Shown piece by piece: positions 12,596 through 28,400 of a stretch of DNA of 64,000 bases. Within the stretch, counting starts at the first letter, position 1. The number at the start of each line of letters is the position of its first letter. The DNA comes from Ministeria vibrans ATCC 50519 (taxonomy: Eukaryota > Protista > Filasterea): the NCBI GenBank assembly GCA_943704425.1, contig CALSCP010000774.1, forward strand, positions 1 through 64,000, given 5' to 3'. The position numbers and the translations under genes are program-made. Under the pieces are notes generated by a model, which was not told the origin of the DNA, did not search any database, and saw only the letters and a list, made by a program, of their open reading frames with translations.

Positions 12596-13780
12596 ATGAA
12601 GCGACTTTTTATTTTCCTTGTCTGCTCCTTGTTTGTATGTAGTACGTTTGGACTGTGTTCTCTTGACGTGGAATGGGCAGGCGGCAGTGCAACGGCATAT
12701 GCAATTCGACAGGATTGTATTGACAATGTAACAAGCACTCACTCAAACACCACTCTCTCTCCTTCAGACTGGCTCTACCTTTCGCGTTGTCAACGTGGGG
12801 CCATTGACATTGTGAACAGATGGCGCGGGAAGCGTAAACAAGGCAGGCAACATGGCTGTTGTTTTGGATGCGGCTCTTTTGTTGGTCGGAAGGGTCGACG
12901 CCCAATGCGCTGCCATCCACTGGGCCAATATGCAATGCCACCTCCGCCTGACTCAAAATGCCTTGAATACAACATGTGCACATGGTATACATGAGACATG
13001 AACCATCTTGATGTGAGCTACAACGGCATTGCTTCCCAGGTGGGGTTCATTAACAACGTCCTCAACAAGAACTTGCAGGTGCATCACCCGCGCTCGATTC
13101 GCCTTCCGTTTCATGCGTAGAGATGATGTTGCATCTGCCGAAGTGTACGTGGGCACCAACATGACAGGCAATGGACAGATTACGTTTGATCTGGAGCTAC
13201 TGGACAAGACGGCCACGTGTCTGGGCGAAGCGGCCTTCTTTGCCATTCAAAAGGAAGTGGTTAAAAAGGAGGGGAGTGGCAGATGGACAAACCTGGCGAG
13301 TGGATTGCGCCTACCATTAATGCGAGGTCTTATTGAATGGTTCACAGCACCAGCACGCAATCCATTCGCTAACGAAACGCAAAAAGGAACAGCGCACACA
13401 TTGCCACGCACGCATCATACATACATATTCTCTCGTTTGAATGCACTTGAGGGAATCCGCCTTGTGGATGCACAGACACGGCACACTCTGCGTCACTTCC
13501 ACCGATTGTGCACTTGTCTCACCCTGTTCCTTCACATCCTATAAATGACTGCGTTTCCGGTGGCTACTCATCCGCTCGCAGTGAAACCAGACGAAATATC
13601 GTTTAACCTGTGGAACAACGACTGGAACACAAAGTCAGCATCAGCTTATTATTGTTGTTCTTTTTTCTCACCTATCCATAATTTTTCTGCAGCTACCCGT
13701 TGTGGCATCCCTATGCAGACGCAATGGACCCAGACTCAACCAACATGCAATTTCGGTTCACAGTGAGCACATATTGAATC
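12596..13780 (+). pseudogene. degraded secreted DUF5054/GH38-like glycoside hydrolase
   Basis: Signal peptide; MNHLDVSYNGI..GFINNVLNK N-terminal motif; KTATCLGEAAFF and SFNLWNNDWNTNYPLW..FRF C-terminal motifs; in-frame TGA, frameshifts, most of the middle missing. Confidence 0.7.
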
Positions 13781-13923
13781 GACAGACAAAGAAACAGATT
13801 GAGAGTTTTTTTTTGACACCATACACATCTCGCCCTTTTCCTTTGTACTTCTTTTCTGCGCCCTCCCATACACACACACTCACTCACTCACTCGCTACAC
13901 TTCTCTCTTGCGTGTACACGTGA

Positions 13924-14424
13924 TTATGAAGTAGGAGTATACTTACGTGCCTGCTCAAGGACACGTTTGTCGTAGAGCTCGCGTGATTTCATAAAGGTAC
14001 TGTACGCCTCTTGTTGCGCCGGATCGTTTGCGTTGGGGCTATCCAGCAGTTCTTGGACACCAAGGAGAATCTAAAGACGAGAATCAAGAGAAAGTCAACA
14101 ATGGGTGTGTTTGGGCGAGAGAGGCAAGCATGCCTGTTTGATGGTGACGGCAGGTCGCCAGTCCTTTTCGACGTCTATGAGGCTGAGACAGATAGTGCCG
14201 CTAGGGTAGATATTGGGATGGAAGAGAGCGTCGTTGAACTTGCACTTGGGTGGGAGCGACGGGTAGTCGCCCGAGAAAGTCATCCGCAGTTTGTACACTC
14301 CTCCTTCCCACAGCGTCTGGCAAAAAGTGAGACAAGCGAGTCAAAAACGTAAAACCGACACACGAAGGACAAAATAGCACCACACCCTCTTAAAGCCCCC
14401 CCTTCACCGTCCACTCATTACATA

Positions 14425-14467
<43 letters not shown>

Positions 14468-14791
14468 CTCACATGCGCGTCCACTTACGCCTTTCTTTCC
14501 CGGGACGGCTGCAATATGGGAAGTGCGCGCGCAAAAAGCCAAAAAAATCGACCGAGTTAGGGGGACACGTCGCTCTTGAATGCCTTTGTCGACGTACCAC
14601 AGTCCCAGGTAAACAGATCCAACGATCCATCGGCGTTGGTCGCGGGCCGTGCAATAAACCCCTACAGGTTGTCGAAACAAGTGAATAACGAGTGTTCGTC
14701 CCAACAGTGCAAACGGAACCCGTACAAAGGGATGGTCTTTTCTCCACGCCTTGCGCTCCTGAGCAAGTCTATTCTCAGCAATGGTCGACAT
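13924..14791 (-). CDS. UBE2I: SUMO-conjugating enzyme UBC9, 5 exons
   Basis: [22 protein letters not shown]|GFIARP...VPGKKG|TLWEGG...[26 protein letters not shown]|ILLGVQELL...DPAQ...ARKYTPTS*. Confidence 0.97.
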
Positions 14792-14978
14792 TATGTATTG
14801 AAAACGGCTGAAGAGTGAAGAATAATTGAGATTGGACTTTAATCAATAATCAACTGCACTTTTGTTTCACTCAGACAAACACCCACCACCACCCACACGT
14901 ACTCACAGACTCCTTACGTGTACAGGCTCCGGCCAATCGAATTATCCTTTAGCACGACAACACATACACACAGAGACC

Positions 14979-15821
14979 ATGGCCGACGAATGGGGTGAGA
15001 GAGAGCGAGAGCGAGAGCAAGAGAGAGAGAGAGTCTCTTGATCAACCTGGCATTGACATGGCCTCCTCGCGAGTGCAGATGACGACACGCCTGCCGTGGC
15101 AACCGCCTGGGACGACGAGGATGACGATGGGGATACCATGGTAAGACCACCTCAAGCAGTGTCTCTTGCGTTGTCGGTTTTTTTTTTTTTTTTGCTCCGC
15201 TCACCATGCGACCATTTTGAGAATAGGACAACTGGGACGACGACGAGCCGACAGAGGAAGAGGTCGCGAAAAAGAAGGCTGATGATGCTGCTGCGGCGGC
15301 CCTAGCCGAGGCGGAGAAGAAGAAGAAGAAGAAATCGTGGAAGGCCAAGGCAGAAGCGAAGGAGCGCAGACTGGACGACGAAGAGGACGAGGTAGGCGTG
15401 CGGCCTTTCGGATGCAGACAGCTGACTGTGTGTGTGTGTGTGCGGGGGGGTGTCGGTGTGTTTTGCAGGAGGAGGTAGAAGCGGAGTCGGAGGAGGAGAA
15501 GCGACGACGATTGCAGCGCGAGCAGGAGGCAAGCGAATTGGAGTTTGCCAAGGACACCTTTGGTACGTAGCAACGCACGCCAATGGGCCTCCACCTCTTC
15601 CCGCCCTCACCCATTTTCTGCGTTTCATTTTTCTGGGCATTGTGTGTTTCAGGTGTTGGCAGCGAGAAGGTTCAAGTGCAGATCAAGGAGGATCCCCTTG
15701 CGGCCTTTGTTGTGCGCAAAAAGGCTGATTTCATTCAATTTGAAGAGCTCCTCTTAAAAAAGATTCTTCCTTTCCAAGTGCGAACCCAAGAATTCACACA
15801 CACACACACACACACCACAAA

Positions 15822-15885
<64 letters not shown>

Positions 15886-16279
15886 CACGCACACAAAACC
15901 GTTGTTTACTCGTCAGTGTATTCTCAACAAATCTCGCTCGCTCTCATCTCACATCTATGGCTTCTTTCCCGTCTAGGAGAAGAGTGGCTACGACATTTTT
16001 GTGGAGCAGCTGATGCGCGGACTGTGTTCGGGCCAGAGCTCGGAGATGATGAAGAACCTGGGCAAAATATTGACCGTGATGACCAACGAGAAGCAAAAGG
16101 AGGAGAAGGGCCCCGTCAAGAAGTCAAAGAAACGCTCGGGACCGAAGAAGGTGGCGGGCTTCAGTGAGGAGGCAATGGGCAATTCTGTGTTTGACGACGA
16201 AATCAACGCCGAGATTGCCGCTGAGCTGGCCGAAGAAGAGGCTGCAAATGCCGATGACTACTATGACGATTTTATGTGA
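14979..16279 (+). CDS. EIF3J: eukaryotic translation initiation factor 3 subunit J
   Basis: MADEW..WDDED..DNWDDDE acidic N-terminus; EEKRRRLQREQEASELEFAKDTFG; C-terminal YYDDFM*. Confidence 0.9.
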
Positions 16280-16504
16280 GAGAGCAGAGCGAAGAAGGAG
16301 GAGGAGAAATGAAAATAATTAGTAATCAATCAAAATTCTAAATTCTAAAAAGAATATAGTAAATAGTTTGTTTATCGTTAGTTTGTTTCGTTCGTAGTCC
16401 GACTGGATTGTTTCAGCAACGTCACAGCTCTGTGTGTCGCTCTGTCTTTTTTTTAGCTAGTTCCTTGATCTTTGGGTTTCATTCATTCTGCGACGCATCC
16501 GCTC

Positions 16505-16988
16505 ATGTTTTGGGGTACGCCGGCGTACGCTGCTCCTACGCTGCTCTCTCAACGCATGCCGCCCCGCACTTTGTAGGGTTGAAAGTAGTACCGGGAAAAC
16601 GGTACACTCAGGTGGTACAAGAGTCGTTTCATTTGACAAAGGTTAGAGGGTGTCGCACTAACAAAAAAAAAAAAAAAAAACGGTTTCTTCTTCTTCTGAC
16701 ACACTTTACTTTGATGGTTGTTGCAGGCGGCGGTGGAGACCGACATAGGGGAGAGTCGTGTGTCAGTGTACGTTGTTGTGAACGGAGCGCGCTGCACGCT
16801 GTCGTCGCTGTCGCGCGAAACACCCCACTGCGAACTCAGCGTCTCCTTTCACGTCGGCGAAAAGGTCTCCTTCTCGACCACCACCGACTGCGGCTCGCCC
16901 GAGACCCTCGCCGTCCATCTGACTGGATATACCGTTACAGACGACCCCGCCGAGAACGAAAGACTCCCAGCCGGTAATTGCACATTCA

Positions 16989-17028
<40 letters not shown>

Positions 17029-19213
17029 TCTCTCTTTGACATTTTTTTCTGTTGTGGACCATAGCAGGAGCAAACCCGGACACTGACACTCAAATGGTAC
17101 GGCATTGGTATTTCATAATCCAAGTTTCGTCTTCCTGCTGCTCTTATTTTCTGTTGGTTGTTTCTTTTGATGCACAATAACTAATCATTTTATTGTGTTC
17201 AACCTCAGTCAAGCGCTAATGAGAGCTCTCGAAAAAAGTGTAAGCTCAGGTTGCGTGTGGACTACCCGTTATTCTCTTACCCTGTCGACATTGAATTGTT
17301 TTTAGCGAAACAAGGCGAGGAGATGAACGAGAGCACAGGGAATGCGGAGGAGGAGACAGTGGGGAGAAGTAAAGACGAGAGAGAGAGGAGAAAGAAACAA
17401 AGTGATAGAGAGAGAGGAGAAAGAAACAAAGTGATAGAGAGAGAGAGGAGAAAGAAACAAAGTGATAGAGAGAGAGGAGAAAGAAAAAAAGTGATAGAGA
17501 GAGAGGAGAAAGAAACAAAGTGAGAGAGAGAGATAGAGACGATCGAGTGGAAACAAGCTACAATGACTGACCCACTCACGTGTTTTTGTATCAAATGTGT
17601 GTGTGTGTGTGTGTGTGGTGCGTAGAAAGAAAGGAACCGCGAAGGCGAAGAGAGACAAATGACGTACGTAACTCGAAAAAAAAAACAGCGGGGGAGGGAG
17701 GAAGAAACGAAGTGATGAGAGAGAAAAAAACCAAGTGATAGAAAGAAAGGAGGGTGAAAAAAACAAACTGATGAAGGAGGAACCCCTGACTGACATTTGT
17801 GTATCTTTTTCTCTGTAGAGGGGACGATTATACGATGGACTGAGCGCCAAGGAAACTCATATTGTGTGTAATCCCGATCGAAGTTACTATTCTGGCGATG
17901 ATTTTCCGGAATGCGTATGCAGAAGACACTCGGAGAGCATGTAAGAGTACTGATGGTGATTATTGTGATTATTTTATTAGGAGCGACTGACGAATGCGAA
18001 TGGAGGAAGAGCGCGAGTGCCCAATGTGTATTCGGAGTGTCTTGACATGGACGAGGGAGACGATGATGAGTATGACGACGAAGAGGATGAGGATGATGAG
18101 GAGGGGAATGAAGGGGAGGAGGGGATGGAGGGGAGAGGTGCAGGAGAGAATGGGGCGAGGGACGTCACGGAGACGATGGATAGTGCTGATGAGGGAGGGA
18201 GTACGGGTGATGTGACGATGAGTGAGCCTGCTAGAGAAGCGGATACCGGAATGACCACTCCACCTCCTGCAACGAACAACAACAGCAACAGCAACAGCAA
18301 CAACAGTACTGCTGCTGCTGCTGCTGCTGCTGCGGCGGCGGCGGCGGTGTACACTGTGAACAATACGTCTACAACGGCACTCAATGCGTCGTCGATGCTC
18401 TCTGCTTTGGCTCCCGAAGCTCGTGCTGCCTTTGAGGCGCTTGCGTCGGATGGTGAACGCATTCGCTCCGAGATTGTTCGCCTCTTTGATCTTATTGTGG
18501 GCGATGATTCTTCGCCTGAAGCCACTCTTGGCGCAGAGGCACGCACAAACCACAAATGCCAAAGCTTTCTAATTATTATTATTATTGTTTTAATTTTGTG
18601 TGTCTGTACTTTTTTGTGTTTACAGTTCACTTGTCAATTTGAAGGAAAGCTTCCGTCAGGGCGCATCTTTGACTCAAGTGTGCATCGCCGATTCCGCTTC
18701 ACAATGGGCTCTCGTGAGGTGCTTCCGGCCTTCAGCATAGCCTGTCTTGGTCAGCACACTCACGCACACTCAACAAAGTTTCATGTCTTTTTTCTTCCTT
18801 CTCATCACTATTGCTTCGTACTTTTTACTTTGTCTCTATCACTTTGTTTATCACTTTGTTCTCATTCTCTTCTATCTCTCTCTACCTACCTATCTATCTA
18901 TTTATCTATTTGTCTCTCTATTGACTCGTCTGACTTGTCTCTTTTAGGAATGCGCTCCGGTGGCGTACGCGAGTTCACTTTGCCCGCCCGACTGGCTTTT
19001 GGTGTGCGTGGCTATCCGCCCTCCGTTCCATCGGGTGTGTGGGTCATGTACATTGTGCGCTGCCTTTGCATCGTCCCGCCCCCGTCTTCCGCTACCACTA
19101 CCACCACCACTACAACTGCTGATTCTGCTGCTACTTCTACTGATGCTGTTACAGAACCGAGTCAAGCACTTGTGCTCAACGCAGACCAACTACTCGAGGA
19201 CCCTGACGAATAA
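16505..19213 (+). CDS. nucleoplasmin-like (NPL) domain FKBP-type histone chaperone (Fpr3/Fpr4/FKBP39 family)
   Basis: MFWG|LKVVPGKRY...VHLTGY NPL domain; acidic tract; C-terminal FEGKLPSGRIFDSS..FRFTMGSREVLPAF..GMRSGGVREFTLPARLAFG FKBP domain; middle exon boundaries uncertain. Confidence 0.85.
17385..17530. repeat. ~30-bp intronic minisatellite (GAGAAAGAAACAAAGTGATAGAGAGAGAG) x~5
   Basis: Directly visible tandem copies. Confidence 0.9.
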
Positions 19214-19344
19214 ACTCATTTTCTCTTTCTAATCAGTTGACAGTAGGCAGTCGCTAGTCGCTAGTACCATGACCTAGGCGCGCTAGATTTGATCAGTTTT
19301 GTTTGACGAATAATCCAAAAGGCAAAAAGTCATTATATTAGTAG

Positions 19345-23044
<3,700 letters not shown>

Positions 23045-23352
23045 CAGTTTCTTTGCCAATACACATCGAGACATATTTCAAGAAAGCGATGATTACAGAA
23101 TTGAAATTTGAAAGAAGAAGAACGATATTTAGTCTGTGATTTCAATCAATGCACTGTATACCTCTCTAAGACAATAAAAAGGAGGGTGTGAATGAATGAG
23201 TGAATAATGCGGTCCGGACAACTTGAGATGATTATTATCATACCAATTATAGTTTTATGAAGAGCTTATTACTTGTCACGAAATCCAAGTACCCAACTTA
23301 CAACTATTACATTTTTATTTTTTCTGTTGACTCGCTTTGGCTGAACATCGAC

Positions 23353-24263
23353 ATGTCTGGAAAAGTAATTGTGGTTACCGGCGTGACTTCGGGAATTGGG
23401 CGTGGTCGACAACGCAAAGCGCGGGAACCGCGTTGTGGGCTGTGCACGGCGAGCAGAGCTGGGAGCAGCGCTTGAGGAGGAGGTGCGCGGCGGCGGTGGC
23501 GACTTCACCTTTGTTGTTGGCGACGTGACCAAGGACGCCGACATGACAGCGTTGGTCGCGACAGCTGTTGCAAAGCATGGGCGCATCGATGTGTTTATCA
23601 ACAACGCTGGAATCGAAGGCACTCCCTGCCTCCTGGCTGCCTCGGACGACGAAGCCTGGAACCATCTCTTTAACATTAATGTTTTCGGCGTTGTGCGCGG
23701 TTCGCGAGCTGCCATTCCCGCTCTGGACGCCGCTGGAGGTGGTCTTATTATCAACACTTCGAGTGTCCTTGGTATTCTGCCGCTGCCTCAATTGCGCCCT
23801 ACTGCGCCTCCAAGGCCGCTGTTGATGCCATTGCACGTGTAAGTGGACTTGAGAGGGAGAAAGAAAAAAAGGGAAACTGTCGAGGTGTGTCTATATAGTA
23901 TATAGCTATGAATATTCGTAGCAGTGTAATAATATTATTCAGAGGATCAAACACCTTCCTTTCTGGTTTCCACCGATATAGACGCTTGCGCACGAAGTCG
24001 CCGCGAAGAACATCAAGGTGGTCAACATCAACCCCTACTGCTTTGCCACTCCCATGCTGGACCGCGTGGGCCAGGGCAATGCCGAGGCTGCGGGCGCGGC
24101 AATGAACCCATGCGGGAAGCTGGGCGACACTGCGGTTGTCGCCCTCTTCGTGCACCAGCTGATCACGGGCGAGGCCGCGTTCGAGTCGGGCGACGCCTTT
24201 GTCATTGATGGCGACGGTCGCCGTTCGAAGGATGAGCTTGCCTACCTTGCTGCTCAGAAGTAG
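23353..24263 (+). pseudogene. short-chain dehydrogenase/reductase with two frameshifts
   Basis: TGVTSGIG, NNAG and YCASK motifs; the central part (23400-23790) is in a different frame from the TGxxxGxG and YxxxK motifs. Confidence 0.75.
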
Positions 24264-24396
24264 GCGGAATAAACTGAAACTGAAACTGAAACGAAGAATA
24301 AACATTAAATTATATTCAAGTTCGCAGTCAATCTCTGCTCATCTGTGCTCGACCAAGACACCACCGCACCCTTTTGAGAATCAATCCCAAATCAAG

Positions 24397-25376
24397 ATGG
24401 CTACCGTGTCGGGCAACTTGTCGCGCGCTCTGATGGCCCTTGAGGATATGATGAGTGCGCGCATAGTGGGCGCTGCCTGTGTCGCCCTGATGGTTCTGGT
24501 GACGGGGTTCATGACGTGGAGTCTCGTCTCCGTGATGATACTTCCTATCCTCGGCTACACAATGTGGGGCGTTGTCGCTGCTTTCAGTACGCATCACATT
24601 CAATAACAAGCGTCAAAAAAAAAAAAAAAAAAAAAAAAAATAGTGTATCTCATCTGGTCTTCTCTCCGCTCCTCCTTCTCTTAGCTTGGTTCGTTCTTCT
24701 CGTCCTCGTGTGGTGGTCCCACATGCGGGCCATGATGTCCGACCCGGGCTTCGTAGCGGCGGGGCGCGATGCGTGCGAAGGGGAACTTGGCGTGGCGTCG
24801 TGCTCGCGCTGCAACACGCTTCGACCGCCACGCTCGCATCACTGCAGCACGTGCGGCCGCTGTGTCATGAAGATGGACCACCATTGCCCGTGGATCAACA
24901 ACTGCGTGGGTCTCTTCAACGAGCGCTTCTTCCTCCTCTTCCTCTTCTGGGTGTTCATGGCCTCCATGTACGCCTCCGTCTGGGGCTTCTACGACCTCTA
25001 CCGCGTCTACACGCAGTGCAACGTCGGAAACGACTATGCGTGCGCCGCCACCAATCACCCATGGGTCGTGCTCACCATTCACATCTACTCCTCGGGCACC
25101 TTTCTCATGTTTGTCACCTTCATGCTCTTCTCACAGCTCATGAACATTGTCGACGACTCCCCGTACATTGAAAAACTCCGCAGACAACGTCTCTCGCAAC
25201 CCAGCCCAACACCGCTCTCCAGCAGCGACCTCATGCGACAACGCTTGCGTGCCTGGCGTGACTTTGTCGGGCCCATTCCGCTCTGGATGGCTCTCATGCC
25301 GTTCCACTCTAACCACCAGCGTGCCCTCTGGATCGCCTCCCGTCATTCCCTCAAGAACACTGTCGTCGATGTTTAA
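24397..25376 (+). CDS. DHHC palmitoyl S-acyltransferase (ZDHHC3/7-like), 2 exons
   Basis: DPG; CSRCNTLRPPRSHHCSTCGRCVMKMDHHCPWINNCVG; 4 TM segments. Confidence 0.93.
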
Positions 25377-25447
25377 CTCCCATGCGATGTGTGTTGTTGT
25401 TATTGTGCTTTTGTCTTTGTATTACTACTCATCAAATTAAATTCTAC

Positions 25448-28400
25448 TTAAAATGTCTCTTCTGCGTCACACCCATCCTCTTCATGTCCGAACTCTACAA
25501 AGACACAACAGCAAAACAACATCAGACCACATATCCAACATAGTATGTAAGAGTGTTTGTATTTGGATATATTACCTTCGCATATGGTGCAGTAAGGGCG
25601 CTCGACGGGCCCTTCTTTGTGCACTCCGTCTGTCGTTGTCTCTGCTGCGGATGCGCTTGTGCCCTGCTCGCGCTCCAGTTGACGTCTGAGGCGTGCACGG
25701 TCCTCCTCGTCCAGATTAGGACACTCAAGTGTCGCATGGTGGTCAAAGACATCGCATTCATCACAGAAGACGCGGTCACTCAGTACCACTGCATCGTCGT
25801 CGTCGTCGTCGCCCATGTCGACACCAAGCGCAGCTAAGTCCAGGTCTAGGTCAATCCGCGGAAGTCCCGCCCCCGCCTGCATTGCTGCGTCGTACTTGGC
25901 CTCCGTCTCCGCCAGTTGCTCTTCCAGCGCCGCCTTTTTGTCCTGCACACTCGCAATCACGTTGTTCAAAAACTCCACTTGACCTTCCGCCATTTCGCGT
26001 CCGCTCTCGGACTCAAGCAAGCGCTGTCGAAGCTCTGCCTCTGAGACGCCTGCCAGAGACGCATCATCCATCGCCTGAGGTGCTGCTGCTGCTACTGATG
26101 ATGCCAATTGCTCCTTGAGCAAACCAATCTGTGCCTCGAGCGTAGCCACCTCGCTTGACTGTGTCTCCGCCATGGTGCTCTGCAGTGTCGCCTCACGCGC
26201 CTCACTTGCTGCAAGCGCACTCTGTAACGTCTCACACTGCATCTGGAGTGCCTTGATCTCAGAAACATGCTCGCCAAGAGTCGCCTCGATGCGTGCTACT
26301 TCCTCTCGTGTACTCTTGACCTCGTCATTCGACGACGACGAGGCAGCGCTCAGTTGTGTCTCCAGCTTCAGCGCATGCGCCTCAGCCGTCTCCTTGTGCT
26401 CCTGCAGCGCCGCTGTCACTTGCGCCAGCTGCTCCTGAAGCGCTATCTCACGTGCAGCAGCACTTGCCAGCTCAGTACCGCGAGTCTCCAGCTCCGCACG
26501 CGCCTCTCCCAATTGCGTCTGGGTGGTCACCAGTGTCTCAGCTTGAGCAGTGCACGCAGCCAACTGACTCGCCACCTCGGCCTGAGCCGCTGTCAATTGC
26601 TCCTGCAACTTGTTCGTAAGCTCACCCGACGACGACGTTGCTGCTGCGAGCTGCTCACGCAGTGACACCTCGACTGCAGCCTTGGACTCCACTTCGGCCT
26701 GGACCAAGCGGAGTTGCTCTTTCACCGCTGCAAGTTCCACATTGAGATTCGATAGGGCTGCAGCGTGCTCTGTCGACTTGCTCTCCACCTCGGCCTGAGC
26801 CGCTGTCAATTGCTCCTGCAACTTGTTCGTAAGCTCACCCGACGACGACGTTGCTGCTGCAAGCTGCTCACGCAATGACACCTCGGCTGCAGCCTTGGAC
26901 TCCACTTCGGCCTGGACCAAGCGGAGTTGCTCTTTCACCGCTGCAAGTTCCACATTGAGATTCGATAGGGCTGCAGCGTGCTCTGTCGACTTGCTCTCCA
27001 CCTCGGCCTGAGCCGCTGTCAGTTGCTCCTGCAACTTGTTCGTAAGCTCACCCGACGACGACGTTGCTGCTGCAAGCTGCTCACGCAATGACACCTCGGC
27101 TGCAGCCTTGGACTCCACTTCGGCCTGGACCAAGCGGAGTTGCTCTTTCACCGCTGCAAGTTCCACATTGAGATTCGATAGGGCTGCAGCGTGCTCTGTC
27201 GACTTGCTCTCCACCTCGGCCTGAGCCGCTGTCAGTTGCTCCTGCAACTTGTTCGTAAGCTCACCCGACGACGACGTTGCTGCTGCAAGCTGCTCACGCA
27301 GTGACACCTCGGCTGCAGCCTTGGACTCAATAGCAACTTGAGCAGCGTCCAGTTCGGTACGGAGCGCAGCCAGAACAGATGCGTGTTCATTGGCCAACGT
27401 CGCTGCCTCAGCTGTCTGCTTCGCCAGCTGTTCGCGCACAGTGGCCTCCTCAGTTGTCTTGGCGGCAAAGTCCGACTGAGCAGTTGACAAAGCCTCACTC
27501 TGGGCGGTACACTCGGCAGTCTTGCTGCTAAGCTCCGCTAGTGCTGTCGTCAGTTGCTCCTGAAGCTTCTCAGTGAGTTCTCCCGACGATGATGTTGCCG
27601 CCGCAAGCTGCTCGCGTAAAGACGCCTCAGTGGCACTCTTGGACTCAACTTCGCCCTGAGCAACGGCAAGCTGCTCGCGCAACGACGAGACTTCCGCGTT
27701 GAGAGACGATAGCGTTGCAGCCTGGGCAGTACACTCGGCAGTCTTGCTTGTCACATCGGCCGTGAGTGTTTCCACGTGAGCTTGCAAGTCGTTGGCTTTC
27801 ACCGTCGTGCTATCGAGCTGCAACTGAACCTGATTGAGCGAGTCTTTCTGAGCATTGCACTCAGCAGTGGTCTTCTCGAGACCTTCAGCGGCACTCTGGA
27901 GTTGCGCGTTCAACGAAAGGCTCTCCTGCTTGGCGGTAGCCAGCTCAACTGACTTGCTCTCGAGCTCTGTCTGCGTCTGTGCTAGTTGTTCTTGCAGCTT
28001 GTTCGTCAGCTCGCCCGACGACGACGTTGCAGCGACCAGTTGCTCGCGAAGCTTGACCTCGCACGCGTCCTTGTCGGCGACCGACGCACGCAACGTAGTG
28101 ACCTCGGCTTCGCTCGCTGAGAGTTTGGTTGTGAGCTCTTGCGTAGCCGCTTTGGTAGACTGCTCCAGCTCCTCCGTAGTCTTCTTGGCGCTAGCCAGCT
28201 GTTGCTGCAGTGAAGATACCGCTTCGTTTGCCGCGGAGAGCTGCGCTTCGCTGGTAGTCTTCGCCGTCTCAAGTTCGCCGCTGAGGCGCGCTTCCTGTGC
28301 TTGTGACGCTACCAGACTCGCCTGAGCACTCGCAAGGTCTGCCTGCAGCTTGAGTTCAAGATCTTTCGATGAAGTTGTCGCGGCAGTGAGTTGTGCCTGC

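Noticed and set aside
12814-12816. In-frame TGA as selenocysteine or a recoded Trp
   Set aside because: The same gene has frameshifts and a large deletion, and TGA is a normal stop elsewhere (ILRUN, EIF3J, TMED2).
26572-27328. Regularly spaced direct repeats as a possible CRISPR array
   Set aside because: Contiguous in-frame coding repeats with no unique spacers and no cas genes, in a eukaryotic context.
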